Notes: generated by a model from the sequence alone, not told the origin. DNA of 63,209 bases, filler included, from Collodictyon triciliatum (GCA_043381765.1; 7 parts of 7 records of this genome joined end to end with filler, not necessarily neighbours in it); one strand, 5' to 3'; positions 1-14,085 are shown, numbered from the whole stretch's first letter. Program-made: numbers and translations.

Positions 1-120
1 TTTTTCTTTTTCTTTTTCTTTTTCTTTTTCTTTTCTTTTTCTTTTTCTTTTTCTTTTTCTTTTTCTTTTTCTTTTTCTTTTTCTTTTTCTTTTTCTTTTC
101 TTTTTCTTTTCTTCTTTTCT
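1..120. repeat. (TTTTTC)n simple repeat (similar tracts 3955-4072, 27296-27432, 46058-46160)
   Basis: Seen directly. Confidence 0.95.
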
Positions 121-212
121 TCCATTCTTATGTACCGATAAAAGCTCGCATGCAAGGAAAACATTCATGTTGTTCATAACAGCGCTGTTTCACAGTGACC
201 TTGGTGCCCAAA

Positions 213-2156
213 ATGGTCGATATTGACGAATGCATCGAAAGGCTTTACCGCTGCGGAATGCTCACAGAGCAAGAGGTGAAGGAGGTTTGTGTCGAGTTAC
301 GTTTAGGGTTATGTTGTGTGGGTACATCAGTGTAGAAAAAAAATAGCTATTGTTATTACCACACACACAAAAAAAGTACACTTCGCAATTATTATCATAT
401 TAGATTTGCGAGAAGGTTAAAGAGCTACTTATTCAAGAAAGCAACGTGCAACAGCTCAGAGCCCCAGTCACAGTTGTCGGGGATGTACATGGGTACCTTA
501 CCATATCTCTTCTTATTTGCTCATCTTTTCACATATATCCTTAGTTAATGTTTCATGGTATTTGTTTTCGGGATTATATATCCAATAATTATCTGTACAA
601 ATCATTTGCTGTGGTATTTGGTGCTCATTTACTTGATGGAATAGGCAATTCTTTGATTTACTGGAGATCTTCAACGTTGCGGGGCGTTGCCCAGACACAA
701 ACTATCTTTTCCTCGGTGATTATGTTGATAGAGGGTAAGCGATCCCGCCTCTCCCTAATTTCATAATTTTCTTTTTATTACTTTGCATGACCCTATTTTA
801 TGCAAAGCTCGAAGCGCACAAATCTCAACATTTGACTGCTTGAAATGAATGCGCAGGCATCACAGTGTAGAAACAATTTCTTTGCTTGCATGTCTGCAAG
901 TCAAGTGGCCGAAGCGAATCACTCTATTGCGCGGGAATCATGAATCTCGACAAATCACTCAAGTGTATGGATTCTATGCGGAGTGTTTAAGAAAATATGG
1001 AAACGCAAATGTTTGGAAGTATTTTACTGGTGTGTGGCTAATCTATATTAGAATAGGAACAATCATTGTGTAAAACAAACAAATGAGTCATGAATTGATA
1101 GATTGAATATAGTGCAATACAATTATACGTTCTTTTTTTTAAAAAAAAAATTACTAAAAATACTTATTCCTAGATATGTTTGATTACCTCACCATTTCGG
1201 CCGTTGTTAGCAACGAGATTTTTGCTATACATGGGGGTATGTTTCGAACCACTCTAAAAGTACATTTTCTTGTATCTAATTTAATGTCATAGGATTATCT
1301 CCATCCATTCAGACATTAGACCAAATCAAAGTGCTGGATCGCTTTCAAGAGGTCCCACACGAGGGGCCGTTGGCTGATCTGATGTGGTCTGACCCTGATA
1401 GCGAAAAGACAGGCTATAATTCGTCACAGAGGTAGTCAAGATTTCTTCATTCTCGCCCCTGTGATGCTGTTATTTGTTCATTCATATCTCGTTCTAAAGA
1501 GAAACTATTTTTCTTTTAGAGGTGCCGGTTACATTTTTGGAAGAGACATGGTTGAAAAGTACCTCAAAACTAACAACCTGAAACACATCGTGCGTGCGCA
1601 TCAGTTATGTATGGAGGGGTATTCGGTGCGCGATGATAATTTTCCTTAATAATGTGATTTTTCATGCGATGGCTATGACTTTGTCTATCTATACATCTGT
1701 TTCTCTTGTTGGCTTGCAACTTAAATTTTGAATGTATATGTTTTATGCAATTACTTTCCAGGTTTTGTTTGACGACCAACTTTCGACTGTCTGGAGCGCA
1801 CCGAATTATTGTTATCGATGCGGTAATGTTGCGTCTGTGATGGAGGTATATAACTGTATTTTTTTCACCTTTTTGTATTGTATTTTTATGAACATGTTTT
1901 ATTATTTTTTAAAGAATTTTTTCTCTAAAGATTTTTTGTTTTACATGGGTTTCCTTACTTTTATCAATAAATATTCAGTTACCAACATCATTTCTCGGAA
2001 TTGTTATTTTATTTAATTTTGATGTGAGCAAATACATTATTTTAGATTTATGAGGGCTGCTCTCGAAGGTTCAATATATTCAGTGCAGCACCCGAGAGCG
2101 AACGCCAGAAACCCGCCATTGAAGGAGCGAAGGAAGTACCCGAATACTTTATGTAA
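213..2156 (+). CDS. PPG1: PP2A-family (PPP) Ser/Thr phosphatase catalytic subunit, most like Ppg1; multi-exon
   Basis: Spliced GT-AG exons give [12 protein letters not shown]...VVGDVHG...[11 protein letters not shown]...[18 protein letters not shown]...LMWSDPD...[12 protein letters not shown]...[22 protein letters not shown]...PEYFM*. ATG 213, TAA 2154-2156. PPP family is secure. The Ppg1 call over PP4/PP6 rests on RAHQLC and [16 protein letters not shown]. Confidence 0.85.
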
Positions 2157-2941
2157 CTTGAGTCTTGGATGAGCGACTTGCAGTCGGGGCGGGGTCGTCT
2201 CCTAATTAAACCACACGATTTCTTACATTTCTTTTAATGCATTTAAAATTTTAAATCGCTCTGAATACAAATATTCCAACAAAAAAATAATAAGAAAGAA
2301 AGAAATATAGTAGCACACCCCCGTCTTCTTTTTGTTGCAGGAACTTTTCCTTTCGCTCTTTTTTCTCTTGATTGAAAGGAGGAGTCCGACATTAGGAGAG
2401 GTTGAATAGCCGAGAGTCCCTATCACTTTGAAGGAGAGAAGAACCTGTGTAAAAAAAATGCCCATGCAACACTCCATCTTTCTAATTTTTTTTTTAGGGG
2501 GAGATAGGTTCAATCTTTTTTTAATTTTGGTGTTTATGTGGGTACATTTCCTGCTCTCCTTTTTTCATTAAATTATGTTGTGTTGTTTTGTTTTGTTTTG
2601 TTTTGTTATGTAAGTGGAGGCAGACCACCCACTATAAGAGTGAAGATTTTTGATTTCGTATCTTCATGAGCACAAAATAATGAAATACTCTCAAATTCCC
2701 TTCAACTTGTTGACCACTTATACCGTAGAAGCGAGTATCCTCCACTAAAGCTACATTTGTATCATCCTCCCTATTTACACATGTATTCACAGTGAATTCG
2801 AACCCAGCTTTCGCTCATAACTTTGAATTCTAACATCTTATCCAGAATAAATCGCTCATTAAGCTCATTAGTCTCTTTTAAATGACTCTTCACTGAATAA
2901 ACACAGGGTAAAAACATGTATAGGCAACCAAACCATACGGA

Positions 2942-3482
2942 ATGCAAGACCTTCGCGAGGAAGTTGCTCAAAGCGTGGACGAGTGCTCTCCATATGTGTC
3001 CTTTATTCGGGTTTCTGATGACAGCGTAACAAAAACACGGGAATCTACAATCAGAATCGAGTGCCGAACTTTGGAGGGCCTATCTGTGACAATTGAAGCC
3101 AACACGTCAGGATACACCGTAAAACCACATCATACAATAATTGATTTAATATCACCCTCCCGTTCTCTCTAAATTGCCCTACATCTGTGGTCGAGTTCGA
3201 TTCTTTTATTGATACACTGATGATAACAAGTAAACCAAAAAATTAATAATATATGGTCTCAAAACTGGAGTTTTGTTTGCTAAACGGTAGGTAAGGAACA
3301 TCCAATCAGCAAACACCGCAAGCGCGAGTATCCCAGGCCCTGCATATGAAACGTTGCCCGCTCTTTTCCAGACCATCAGTCCGATGTACAGAGACGCCAT
3401 GGCTCAACATCTGATTGCTCGCTTAAGTGAAGTCCAAAATGCTCCTCCAAGGAAATACTGGGTTGATGGTGGTGATGACTAG
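2942..3482 (+). CDS. GSKIP: GSK3-beta interaction protein-like (GSKIP/DUF727), 2 exons (2942-3118, 3291-3482)
   Basis: A phase-0 intron joins ...IECRTLEGLSVTIEANTSGYT to VRNIQ...YETLPALFQTISPMYRDAMAQHLIARLSEV...*. This matches the GSKIP pattern YET..LL..ISP.YR.AF...L..RL. Confidence 0.8.
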
Positions 3483-4089
3483 GGTGAATAAACGGTTCTT
3501 TCTCCTCAAGCACAACCAGCAAAAACACCAAAAGCAAAAGGAAGAAAAAAACTCAACTTGACATAACTGGAAAATACAATAAATATCCCTTGATGAAGGC
3601 ATTTATCCAAATGGAAGCCTTATTCAATGTTATATTGCAATAAAATATATTTCTACTGCATTAATAACGAGCATATATTTTTCTAGAAGCTTCCCCGAAT
3701 TCTCTCGACCTGCGAGCGACCACGAATGGGAAAAATCCGTTCATTACTCGAACTTCCTCAATCAACATCGAGCCTCCTCGTTCTATGTGAGATCAACACT
3801 CTTCGAAGCAACCTGTTCGATTCTGAAATCCCTCCTCGATCGGCCACGTCTGCTGCCCAAGCAGAAGTCCCACCCCAGGGAAACAAGAGCCAGCACAAGC
3901 ACAGCAAAGTTGTAAAAAAAGCTTTACTGTCTTCACGAAGCATGTCATAACTCTTTTCTCTTTTTTCTTTTTTCTTTTTTCTTTTTTCTTTTTTCTTTTT
4001 TCTTTTTTCTTTTTTCTTTTTTCTTTTTTCTTTTTTCTTTTTTCTTTTTTCTTTTTCTTTTTCTTTTTTCTTCTCGAAAGCAGCGAGTC

Positions 4090-5226
4090 ATGAAAGCGAC
4101 TCAGGTCGCACTTGTTTTGTGCGGGGCGATTTTGGCCCTCGCGCTCTTTCCCAGCCCGACCGAAGGCGCCCTTGCCGGCATAGACTTTGGAGGAGAATGG
4201 CTGAAGATCGCCATTCTAAAGCCGGGTCTGGGCTTTGCAATCGCAACCAATGAGCAAGCAAAGCGCAAGACGCCAAACTTTGTCGGTTTTTACCGAGGCG
4301 AGCGCCAGCTAGGCGACAGCGCTTATCAACTGGTACTTCCGCCCCACTTTGTCCATATTATTTCTCTAGACTCTGTGGGAAACTCTCATGGAGTTGTTAC
4401 GCTCTGTTTGGATTTTCACGTTTTCCTGTCTCACAAAAAAAGCCGCTCTATTTTCTTCAGTCGAGTTGTGCAACAGGATGTTATGGCTTCATTTTGCATT
4501 GTAGCTTATCAATCTTTGTTGAAATTATGTTCCGTTAGGTATCGAAGGTACCAAAGACCATGTTCTCCAACCTGCGCAGTTTCCTGGGCAAGTCTGCAGG
4601 TCAAGCCCCGACGGATTCCTTCGCCCCGTACGAGATCGATGAAACTCCCTCGGCTACTGGTGGCGTTGTCTTTAACGTCGACTCTGAGACAGGGTATACC
4701 GTGGAGGAACTGGTTGCCATGCAGCTTGACTATGCTCGTGATATTGCCTCAAAGTTTGCCCAAGTCCCCATCAAGGATGTTGTTGTCACTGTGGGTCCTT
4801 ATCTCTTCTTCTTCTTCTTCTTCTTCTTCTTCTTCTTCTTCTTCTTCTTCTTCTTCTTCTTCTTCTTCTTCTTCTTCTTCTTCTTCTTCTTCTTCTTCTT
4901 CTTCTTCTCTTCCTATCATATACATCTACTTTAGAACTGGCTCACATCTACCCTAACTTTATATTTGTGAGTCTTCAAAATGAGCATTACTCTTAAACGT
5001 AACCTATTACCCATATCAAAATTAATGCTACTCAATAGGTTCCGCCGTATTTTGGCCAGGCAGAGCGTCAGTCCCTGCTCGATGCTGCCCGAATCGCTGG
5101 GTTGAATGTGATGGCGATTGTCATCGATACGACTGCAGGTTTCTATATTTATTAGAAATTCACTATATTGGTCGATTCGTTGAGTAATCTTTCACACAAC
5201 TGGAGATATCCCCGTTCCATGGTCTT

Positions 5227-5312
<86 letters not shown>

Positions 5313-7217
5313 GGCACACGTTTTATCACTTCTCTACCACTTCATCTTCTTATCATCATATACAAAATCATCATTTAGCTGCAATCCACCATGGAGTTTA
5401 TCGTCCGGCTGATGCAGAGGATGAACATATTATCATCTATGACCTTGGTGCCACCAGCATTGGGGTGACACTCGTTCATCTTGAGAACAAGGTCTCGAGT
5501 AACAACAAGACTGTCGGTTCGTAAATTCATTTTTTTTTCAACACATTATAAAAGTTGCAGTCTGAATCGATCAATAGTAATTCTTCTTTGAGGCATTTAA
5601 CGCTGTTTAATTTCGATATATATATATGTATACTTAGTATTGTTCTGCCCTTCATTAATTTTTCATCGTCCCTGCATGTTGACATTGTTATTGTTATATT
5701 ACCCACTCTCATATTTCTTTCATGGCGCTCTTCTGTCTATTGGGACTGAAGTATAATTTCGTCGTAGGTCACTTGACCGTTAAGGCTCACGCATGGGACT
5801 CAACTCTTGGAGGAAATACATTCGACCAGCGTCTTGCCCTCCATTTTGCAAACAAGTTCAAGGAGCAGCATAAGTCAGATATTCACTCGTCCCCTCGAGC
5901 GATGAAGAAACTCCTCGGAGAAGCTCGTAAAATCAAGGAAGTGCTCAGTGCCAATCAAGCTGTACCCCTCTTTGTAAGCCCCAGTTAAACATGATGCATA
6001 TCAGTTAGCTCAATAGATACTGTTTAGTCATATTCACTCTTCTCTATAGACCACAGAAGAAAACCCCCGTAATGCTTTCTCTCCGATCTTTCCAATGATA
6101 TCTTATGTCACCCACCTTGCAGATGGAATCTGTGTTTGAAGACTATGACCTGAAATTGACTGTGACCCGCGAAGAGTTGGAATCTCTATGTGATGACCTC
6201 TTCGACCGTGCACTTGCTCCTGTTACCAAAGTTCTTGCCGATAGTGGCCTGGATGCAGTGAGTTATCATTCATGCACAGAATGTTAACTATCATTGGGAA
6301 CCAGCCATCCGCGGCGAATATCTGAATATCTATAGTTTTTTTTTTTTTTTGCCTTGTGACTTGTTTGAGTTGGCCTTACGTTCTGACAGAATAACTAATA
6401 TGTGGTATGTTTTATTTACACATAGTCGAACGTATCTGTGATTGAGCTGTTTGGAGGAGGTAGTCGTGTTCCCAAAATCCAGACGAAGCTCGAGTCTTTG
6501 GGAATGTGAGTATACATGTGTTTTTACTTTAAAAGTTTATAAGTGTACATCAAAGCGGATTATATTTGTATCAATTAGAGACGAAGTGAAGCCAGCCACC
6601 AAGATTTAATACAAACTAACATATCAAATGCAATTCCAACTCTCAACAGCCCTATTGGAAAACACCTGAATACTGATGAAGCAGCCGTCCTTGGTATGAT
6701 TTTTTTTCCTTAAAAAAACCATGTAAATTTTGCATCCTTTTTTTTTTTATCATGCGATGCTTTTATGTATTGATTGGAATACCACCATGCCAATCACAAG
6801 AAACATGTGTGCAGGTGCCACTTTTGTCGCCGGTTCGCTCAGCAGCTCCTTCCGTGTAAAGGATTATCAGTATCGCGATGGACTTCAGGACGGAATCTTG
6901 TTTACTTATCCCTCCGAGGAAGGTTAGTTATATATGTATATATCGCAGCAAAAGACCATTTTTGTGTAAAACCCCTACCACAATCCAACGAAATAAAACC
7001 AGGATAATAGTGGTTCGAATTAAGTATCACATTATCCATCTCTTTATGTCTCTTTTTCTACTTTACGAAAAGGCACGAGCGAAAAGAACCTGTTCCCGAA
7101 GGGCTCCAAGGCAGACTCGAAGAAGGTTATGGCCTTCCCTCTCAATCATGACTTTACCATTGATGTCTTTTTGAACAAGACTGAGGAAACCAGGTATGTT
7201 TGTGCAATTAACAAGAA

Positions 7218-7252
<35 letters not shown>

Positions 7253-8729
7253 TATCATTCGATAAATGGGATCAATTAAAATTAAGAAGACAAACAAACC
7301 GACACCTGACACAGAGAGCCGCTCCTCAAAATCGCAATCGAGGACGTGGACGCATTGACCCAGAAGCACCCACAAGCAAGCATCAAAGTGAACGTGGGAT
7401 TCCAGCTTCACCACGGCGTCCTCAACATCACCAAGGCAGAAGGCATCATCGAAGACACAGTCGAGGTGGAAGAGCCTGTAGCGCCGCCGTCACCACCGCC
7501 AAAGAAGCAGGACGAAAAGCAAGAGGACAGCGACAAAAAGAATGCCGATGAGGACAAGGACAAGGACAAGGAGAAAGACAAGGAGAAAGACGAGAGCGTC
7601 AAGGGAGAAGAGGAACCGGAGGCCGGGCCAAAGACCGTCAAGAAGCTCAAGAAGCGAACGCACAAGGCCGCGCTCGGATTCACGGTGACGCACACAGGGA
7701 CGAAGCCCGGGTCTGCAGCAGGCATCGGAGCGTCGCGCAAAGTGTAAGAGTCTTTCCCACACAAGCAACACAACATACGCACGCATGCACGCACACATAA
7801 CCACCCAGGCTGCATCTGACCGCACACTCACCCGATGGTTTGGTTGGGTTGGGGGCGATGACCTCCACGCCATTTCCTCTTACAGGCTCGCGTTGCTGGA
7901 CGAGAAGGACCAGGAGCGGGCGCAGGACGCAGAGGCGCGGGACACGCTGGAGCGGTTTGTGTATCTGATGCGGGAGAAGCTGGCGGACGAGAGGACGCAT
8001 GCGTTCCTGGGGGAGGAGGAGCGGGCGGCGCTCGGGGCGCAGTTTGAGGAGGCGGAGGCGTGGCTGTACGAGGACGGGGCGGCGGCCAAGGCGGCGGCGA
8101 CGCGCAAGCGGCTCGGGGAGCTGAAGGGCGGGACGCAGGCGTGGACGCTGCGCATGAGCGAGGCGCACGACCGGCCGCAGGCGATTGCAGAGGCGCGCGT
8201 CACCATCAACAGCACGCGCGAGCTGGTGCGGCAGCAGGTGCGGCTCGGGCGCAACATCACGCAGGAGGACCAGGACGCGTTTGCGGCGGATCTGCTCGCC
8301 TTCGAGACGTGGCTCAACGAGACAAGCGCGCAGCAGGACGCCCTCCGCCCCGACCAGCCCCTCCTCCTCCAGTCCTCGCACATCGCCCACCGCCGCGTCG
8401 AGATCGAGCGCACCGCCGCCGCCCTCCTCCGCAGGCCCATGAAGGCGAAGCCGCCCCAGCAGAAGCCTCCTCCCGCGTCGGCCAAGCAGCGCAAGGAGGG
8501 AGATGCGAAGGAGGAGCAAGATGCGAAGGAGGAGCAGGATGTGAAGGAGGAGCAAAATGTGAAGGAAGAGCAAGATGTGAAGGAGGAGCAAAATGTGAAG
8601 GAGGAGCAAAATGTGAAGGAGGAGCAAAATGTGAAGGAAGAGCAAGATGTGAAGGAAGAGCAAAATATGAAGGAGGAACAAAATGTGAAGGAAGAGGATA
8701 ATGTGAAGGAGGAACGTGATGAGCTGTAA
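4090..8729 (+). CDS. HYOU1: ER large Hsp70-family chaperone/nucleotide exchange factor (Grp170/HYOU1/Lhs1); multi-exon
   Basis: Signal peptide MKATQVALVLCGAILALALFP, then GIDFGGEWLKIA, NEQAKRKTP, IYDLGATS, LGGNTFDQRL, LFGGGSRVPKIQ and LNTDEAAVLG. Acidic insertion and a C-terminal ER-retention signal RDEL* (TAA 8727-8729). Confidence 0.95.
4805..4907. repeat. (CTT)n intronic microsatellite; (GTT)n at 5227-5313
   Basis: Seen directly, within HYOU1 introns. Confidence 0.95.
8502..8717 (+). repeat. Coding 18-nt tandem repeat, 12 units of (D/N)(A/V/M)KEE(Q/D/R), in the HYOU1 C-terminus
   Basis: gatgcgaaggaggagcaa / aatgtgaaggaggagcaa units read directly from the sequence, ending just before DEL*. 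Confidence 0.95.
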
Positions 8730-9080
8730 ACTGCTCGTAGAAAGTGCCCGTTCAGACGCGGTTTTTTGATGTGTATGATTCATTGCTGCTCTGCTTATCT
8801 CAATCCCTTTTCACCTCCTTTTTCTTGTTCTTTTTTCTCATTTTCTCATTTTTTTTCTCTCTTTTTCTACATCGTGGGGTACTTGGAAACCACATGCTCT
8901 TCGCGGAGTCCAACTCCGGAACACAACGCGGCAAACCCGACAAAAGCGCCCCCAAATAAACCACACCCGGCCCTGTTCGGCAGCCCTCCGCGTTCCTTTT
9001 CACCCCTCCGACTGGTATGCCCACCCGCCTGCTTTGGTCTCACCACGCCACGCCCACACCCTTTCCCTCCCAGGCGCAGA

Positions 9081-9180
9081 NNNNNNNNNNNNNNNNNNNN
9101 NNNNNNNNNNNNNNNNNNNNNNNNTTAATTAATTAANNNNNNNNNNNNNNNNNNNNNNNNNNNNNNNNNNNNNNNNNNNN
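9081..9180. other. Artificial contig-joining spacer N44-TTAATTAATTAA-N44 (also 18259-18358, 27433-27532, 36596-36695, 45768-45867, 54933-55032)
   Basis: Identical 100-nt structure six times. The core gives stops in all six frames, and genes are truncated at the spacers. Confidence 0.97.
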
Positions 9181-9293
<113 letters not shown>

Positions 9294-9392
9294 CGATGAA
9301 AAAAACCACAAGAAAAGCATCATCGAAAAGGTGGCCCTCTGCGAAGCATTTCATGGTCTTTAAAATCCTTTTCATGGCATTCATACACATAC

Positions 9393-11814
9393 CCGAAGTT
9401 TGGCGTAGTCTTCATGTGTCAGAGGCACAGATGGCACAGCACGAGCGACGAAGTTTACGTTTAGTGGAAGCGCAAAGAATGAATGACTTTGGGTAGAATT
9501 AACCTAGAAATCAAGCATTTATTTATTTAAAGTATGCGCTCAGCAAAACTTAGATGGAGTCCAGTGAGGAATGATACATCATGCATGGCTTCCGCTGAAA
9601 ATAAATAATAGACTACATAAGAGCAGTGCTTGAATATACAAGAAATATATCTTTTTTTCCCTGCTTCATTTGAATGCAGAAGAGAAAGTGTATTAAGAGT
9701 AAAGCTCAATCTGTCTATACTTTTCCATATCGAGGCTGGATGTCTTGCCACGAGCCGCTGGTTGATTTGAGATTGGACAAGAACTGGTTCAATTCATTGT
9801 GGGGTTGCTCGATGAATTCCTTTGTGGATGTGAGAGCGACACGGAGTTTCCCGTTCTTTTTGATATGGTTCAATATTGCCTAAAAGAATGCTTTCATTTA
9901 ATTTGGCGGCCGAGCAGAAAAACAACATGTCCTGCAATACCCAAACACGTAGGGAATGAAAACGTCATCTGTGCATCGTATGTTGTTTGCATATTTGTGT
10001 CTAATCCTGCGAATACCATGAAGCGCCCAACAAGTAATTCTATCGGCTCCGTTTCAAGCGATTGGATGTAGTTGACATGGGTCAAACCAGAGAGGATTTC
10101 GGAGCGCAGCTATGTAAAAATAATGCATTTCAGCCCACAAAAATATACTGGCCAGACGAAAATACACCATTATGTGGTCTTATTCAGACCCACATTTACA
10201 GGACCCAGGAATGAAGATGCGTAGGATGACGCATACGATGAACCGCTATGTGCAATAGAGTTGACAGCTCCTTGAATATTCTGTGGTTTATGTTATATAA
10301 TGTTGGAACATATTTGGCGCTTTAGTAGTTTACGCCCGTTTTTATCAGCACCATTTTTGTTTTTATAAATCATTTTCAAATATGTACAAAGTGACATTTG
10401 ATTGAATAGTTTGAGAAAACATATGGCAATCGATAGGACATTATTTACCTGCATCAACAGCGTTTTCAAATATGATGTATCTGCGAAAGATGTTCCCAAT
10501 AGTACATCCTGCATGATTTCCAACAGTTTTCCAAAGTTTCTATCTAAGGCGCTCCCGGACACTTGAATTCCTTCGTAGTATTTTGCTGGGTCTGCACATA
10601 AAAAAAAGAAGGAAGGAATAAAGAGATAGAAGGAATTAGGAATTTCATTTTATGTTTCCTTTGTAAAAAAATTATATTTCATTAGCTCAAAATAGTGAGT
10701 CTCTTTTTCTCGGCTCCTCTTTGAGAGATGCAATTCCCTTAGAATAGGGAAAAAAAAAGAGATGAAAATAGGAAAAAAGATGAAAAATCAAGAAAAAAAG
10801 AAAAAAAAGAAAAAAAGAAAAAAAGAGAAAAAAAGAGAAAAAAAGAGAAAAAAGAGAGAAAAAAGAAGGAAAATACCATCAAAATGAGTCACCAAGTAAG
10901 GCGCCACTGATATTCCGCCTATTTAAAGTGGCAGAAATAATCCACCAAGTATGGTTAAACACGAAGCAGATATAGAGATTAATAAGTTATTTGCAAGGCG
11001 TAGAATAGTCAGTAACCAGTATGCATCTTCACGTCTTTATTGAGTTGGATGTAGTCTCTTTTTTCGGTTCCGATTTTCGTTAGAGCCTTTATTAAATTTG
11101 CTTATTAATTGCTTCATTATTATTTTTGTACTGAATTCGTAAGAATTGAAAATGACTAAATTAAAAAATTGGACGACAGAGGGGATTTAATCACCACGAA
11201 CCGAACAGAAAAACGGTAAATCCAGAAGCATATCAGGGCTCATATCAGAGACATCAAATATCATCCGGAGGTATGAAACTCCGTTGGTGTTTGTTGCGCA
11301 ACTTTGAACAGGTATCCCAGAATGAATGGCATCGTGTGTTGCATACTGCAAATTTAAGTGTGTTCACTTCAAAAAAAAAACTCTGTATTCATAATATCCT
11401 CTTTAAAATCGTTTCATTTAATCAGAGAAGCACAAACATAATGAGGGAGCTCCCTTTGAATGTCGCTGACTGATATCGTCGGAAGGCATGAAACATCTAC
11501 AAAACCAGAGCTGAGCACTCAGTAATAGCGAATGAATACAGAACCAAATAACTTTTAAAAATGTACGTTAGGCACAATTCGTTTGTCGAGATAACATATT
11601 AAGGCACCTGGCTTAGTTTCCTGGGATTTCTTGAGGGCTACAGATTGTTCTACAATCTCCTTCTTGAGTGCGTTGCTGATGTATTTTCTTGTCTCCTCAA
11701 GTTTCAACTTCTCTTCGTTTTCAAGCTTTGCAGAGTATTCGGAATCTGAAAAGCAAAAAGCAAAAAGCAAAAAGCAAAAAGCAAAAAGCAAAAAGCAAAA
11801 AGCAAAAAGCAAAA

Positions 11815-11907
<93 letters not shown>

Positions 11908-14053
11908 CAAAGTTTTTGTGTGTTGCACGAAAATCTTCCACCATGACTGAAAAATACTACAAATTATATAGACATTAAATAAAGTCTAGGTGAAATAAAA
12001 ATAAGTGCATGGTTATGTCTCACAAAAACCTGCTTCCATCACAAGGACAACCTTGTGCGGGTTGTTGATAAAATACTTTTGGACCAAATTTTGGAAAAAT
12101 GGACCGGATTCAATCTCGCTCTTCATTCTGGCCAAATGCTGCGTGACGGATTCATAGGTCAGGTAAGTTTTATAATGTCAGAGGATTTTTATCAAATCAA
12201 CATAGATAGATGCGTCATTTTGTGGATAAGGAGAATAAAGAAAACCTGTTCAAGAAAGAGCGCATCAACAGGATTGTACCCATGGCACCACCTATTTGTT
12301 GCCATTATATTAGTTAATCTTTTCGATGTTGGGATGTAATAGCATGCATATTTTCAAGTGGACTGCATAAGAAAATTTCATGAAAAGCATCTTATATTTG
12401 CTTCAAGTTTTCTGTGTGTAATCAGACCTGGATACGATCGAGCCGAAGAGATTAATACCAAAATTTGAGGTCCTCTAGAAATACCATACATGTGTAAGCT
12501 TAATCTCAAATCGTTATATTTTGTACTCAAACAACAGTGACAAAAATAATATGGAAACCATGCTGAATCACGATAAGATACAATACAATACAATACAATA
12601 CAATACAATACAATACAATACAATACAATACAATACAATACAATACAATACAATACAATACAATACAATACAATACAATACAATACGATGATAGAACAGC
12701 ATCTTTTAACACAAGTTTGCAAAATTAAGAGGAAAAAGCGTGACCAATACCTCCTTTTGACCAAGTTCAATTTGGTGCATCACAGCATCAATTCTATCCT
12801 TCGGAAACCCCTCCTCTGCAACTTTTGAGAGAGTCTGGTAAATCACCTCCTCTACCTGGAGCAGGTTATAATTATCGTTATATTTTATGGAAATTATTTG
12901 AGTAATGGTAAAATATTATAAGCACACCAAAAGTATACATAGATAAGTAAAAAAAGATATAAAAATGAAAAGAAAAATATAACGAAAGATGGTTCATACA
13001 CTTGAAACGGAATCGCTCGATATTCCTTGCACTCCAATGCCAAAGGAAGCCTCTCTGATAAACAGCACATTGATGAAAAGTAATAATCTTATCAATAGCA
13101 CAAATGATTAAGTGAGGTTTTTTTTTTTAAAAAAAATTACATATTGCCTCAGCGCTGGTGACCAAACTAATTAGAATACATTTCATTACTTCGTCGATTT
13201 ATCGTATCCGGTTGATGGCGCAAACCCAGGGGCAAGTTTAGAGACAAGAAGGGCTTGGTTGAAAGGTGCAGCAGGTCCCGAGAACAGCAAGTCAGACAGA
13301 ATACTCAGGGATATTGTTTCATAAATGTCCTATTGATAAATTAAAAAAAATGAAAAAAAAATGAAACCACCTGAAAAAAAAAAAGCAAAAATGTTAAATC
13401 ACACGGACAGAGATGAAATTCATGTGATTTGGTTACCTTCGTGTCATTCACGAGCCAAGCAACAATCATCTTCGTCTGCTTAGAGATGTCTCCGCCAACT
13501 ACCATATGAGCATTTGATTATTTAAAACATACCCGAGCATACGAGCGAGAAAAAGAGTAAGAAGACGAAAAGTCATACGCGTGTCAACAGGCCCTGTGGT
13601 GCGAACACGTCGAGATGATAAGTATCGCTGCTCTGCGGGAATCGGAGGTGTTGTTGGTTGGCGTCTGAAAGGCTTCAGAACCTGTCAAGGGAAGAAAGAA
13701 AAAAGAATCAGAGAATCAAATGTAAAGTCTCCTGCCTGATTTTTCCCAGATAAGATATCATATGAACATGAATTGAATATTCTGAACAGATGAGATTGCA
13801 AGTGTTTAGCAAACATTATCGATAGCCTTAAGATGCTCCTCCACGTCCATATTTCCTTAATCATTCATCACGTAGGTAAAACAAACATATTAAGAAATTG
13901 ATGTTATATGAGAACGAATACGTGACTTGCCTTTTTCCAGAATAATTCACCAACACTTACACGAATAAAGCCAGTTATAAGAAAGATACTGGGAAAAGGT
14001 GAAACAAAAGAGAGATTGATGTCTAACAGACTTCAAAAAAAACAAAAAAACAT

Positions 14054-14085
<32 letters not shown>

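Noticed and set aside
2223-3950. Short ORFs at 2223-2513, 3726-3950 and 3758-3943
   Set aside because: No motifs; they lie in UTR or promoter regions of neighbouring genes.
7408-8783. Long antisense and alternate-frame ORFs over HYOU1 (likewise over the kinase tail, the 57.1-57.6 kb exon and the TRIM first exon)
   Set aside because: Shadow ORFs caused by high GC and repeats; no domain signal.
9125-9136. TTAATTAATTAA as a biological motif (piggyBac TTAA site or chromosome-breakage signal)
   Set aside because: Always centred in exactly 44+44 Ns and gives six-frame stops, so it is an assembly linker.
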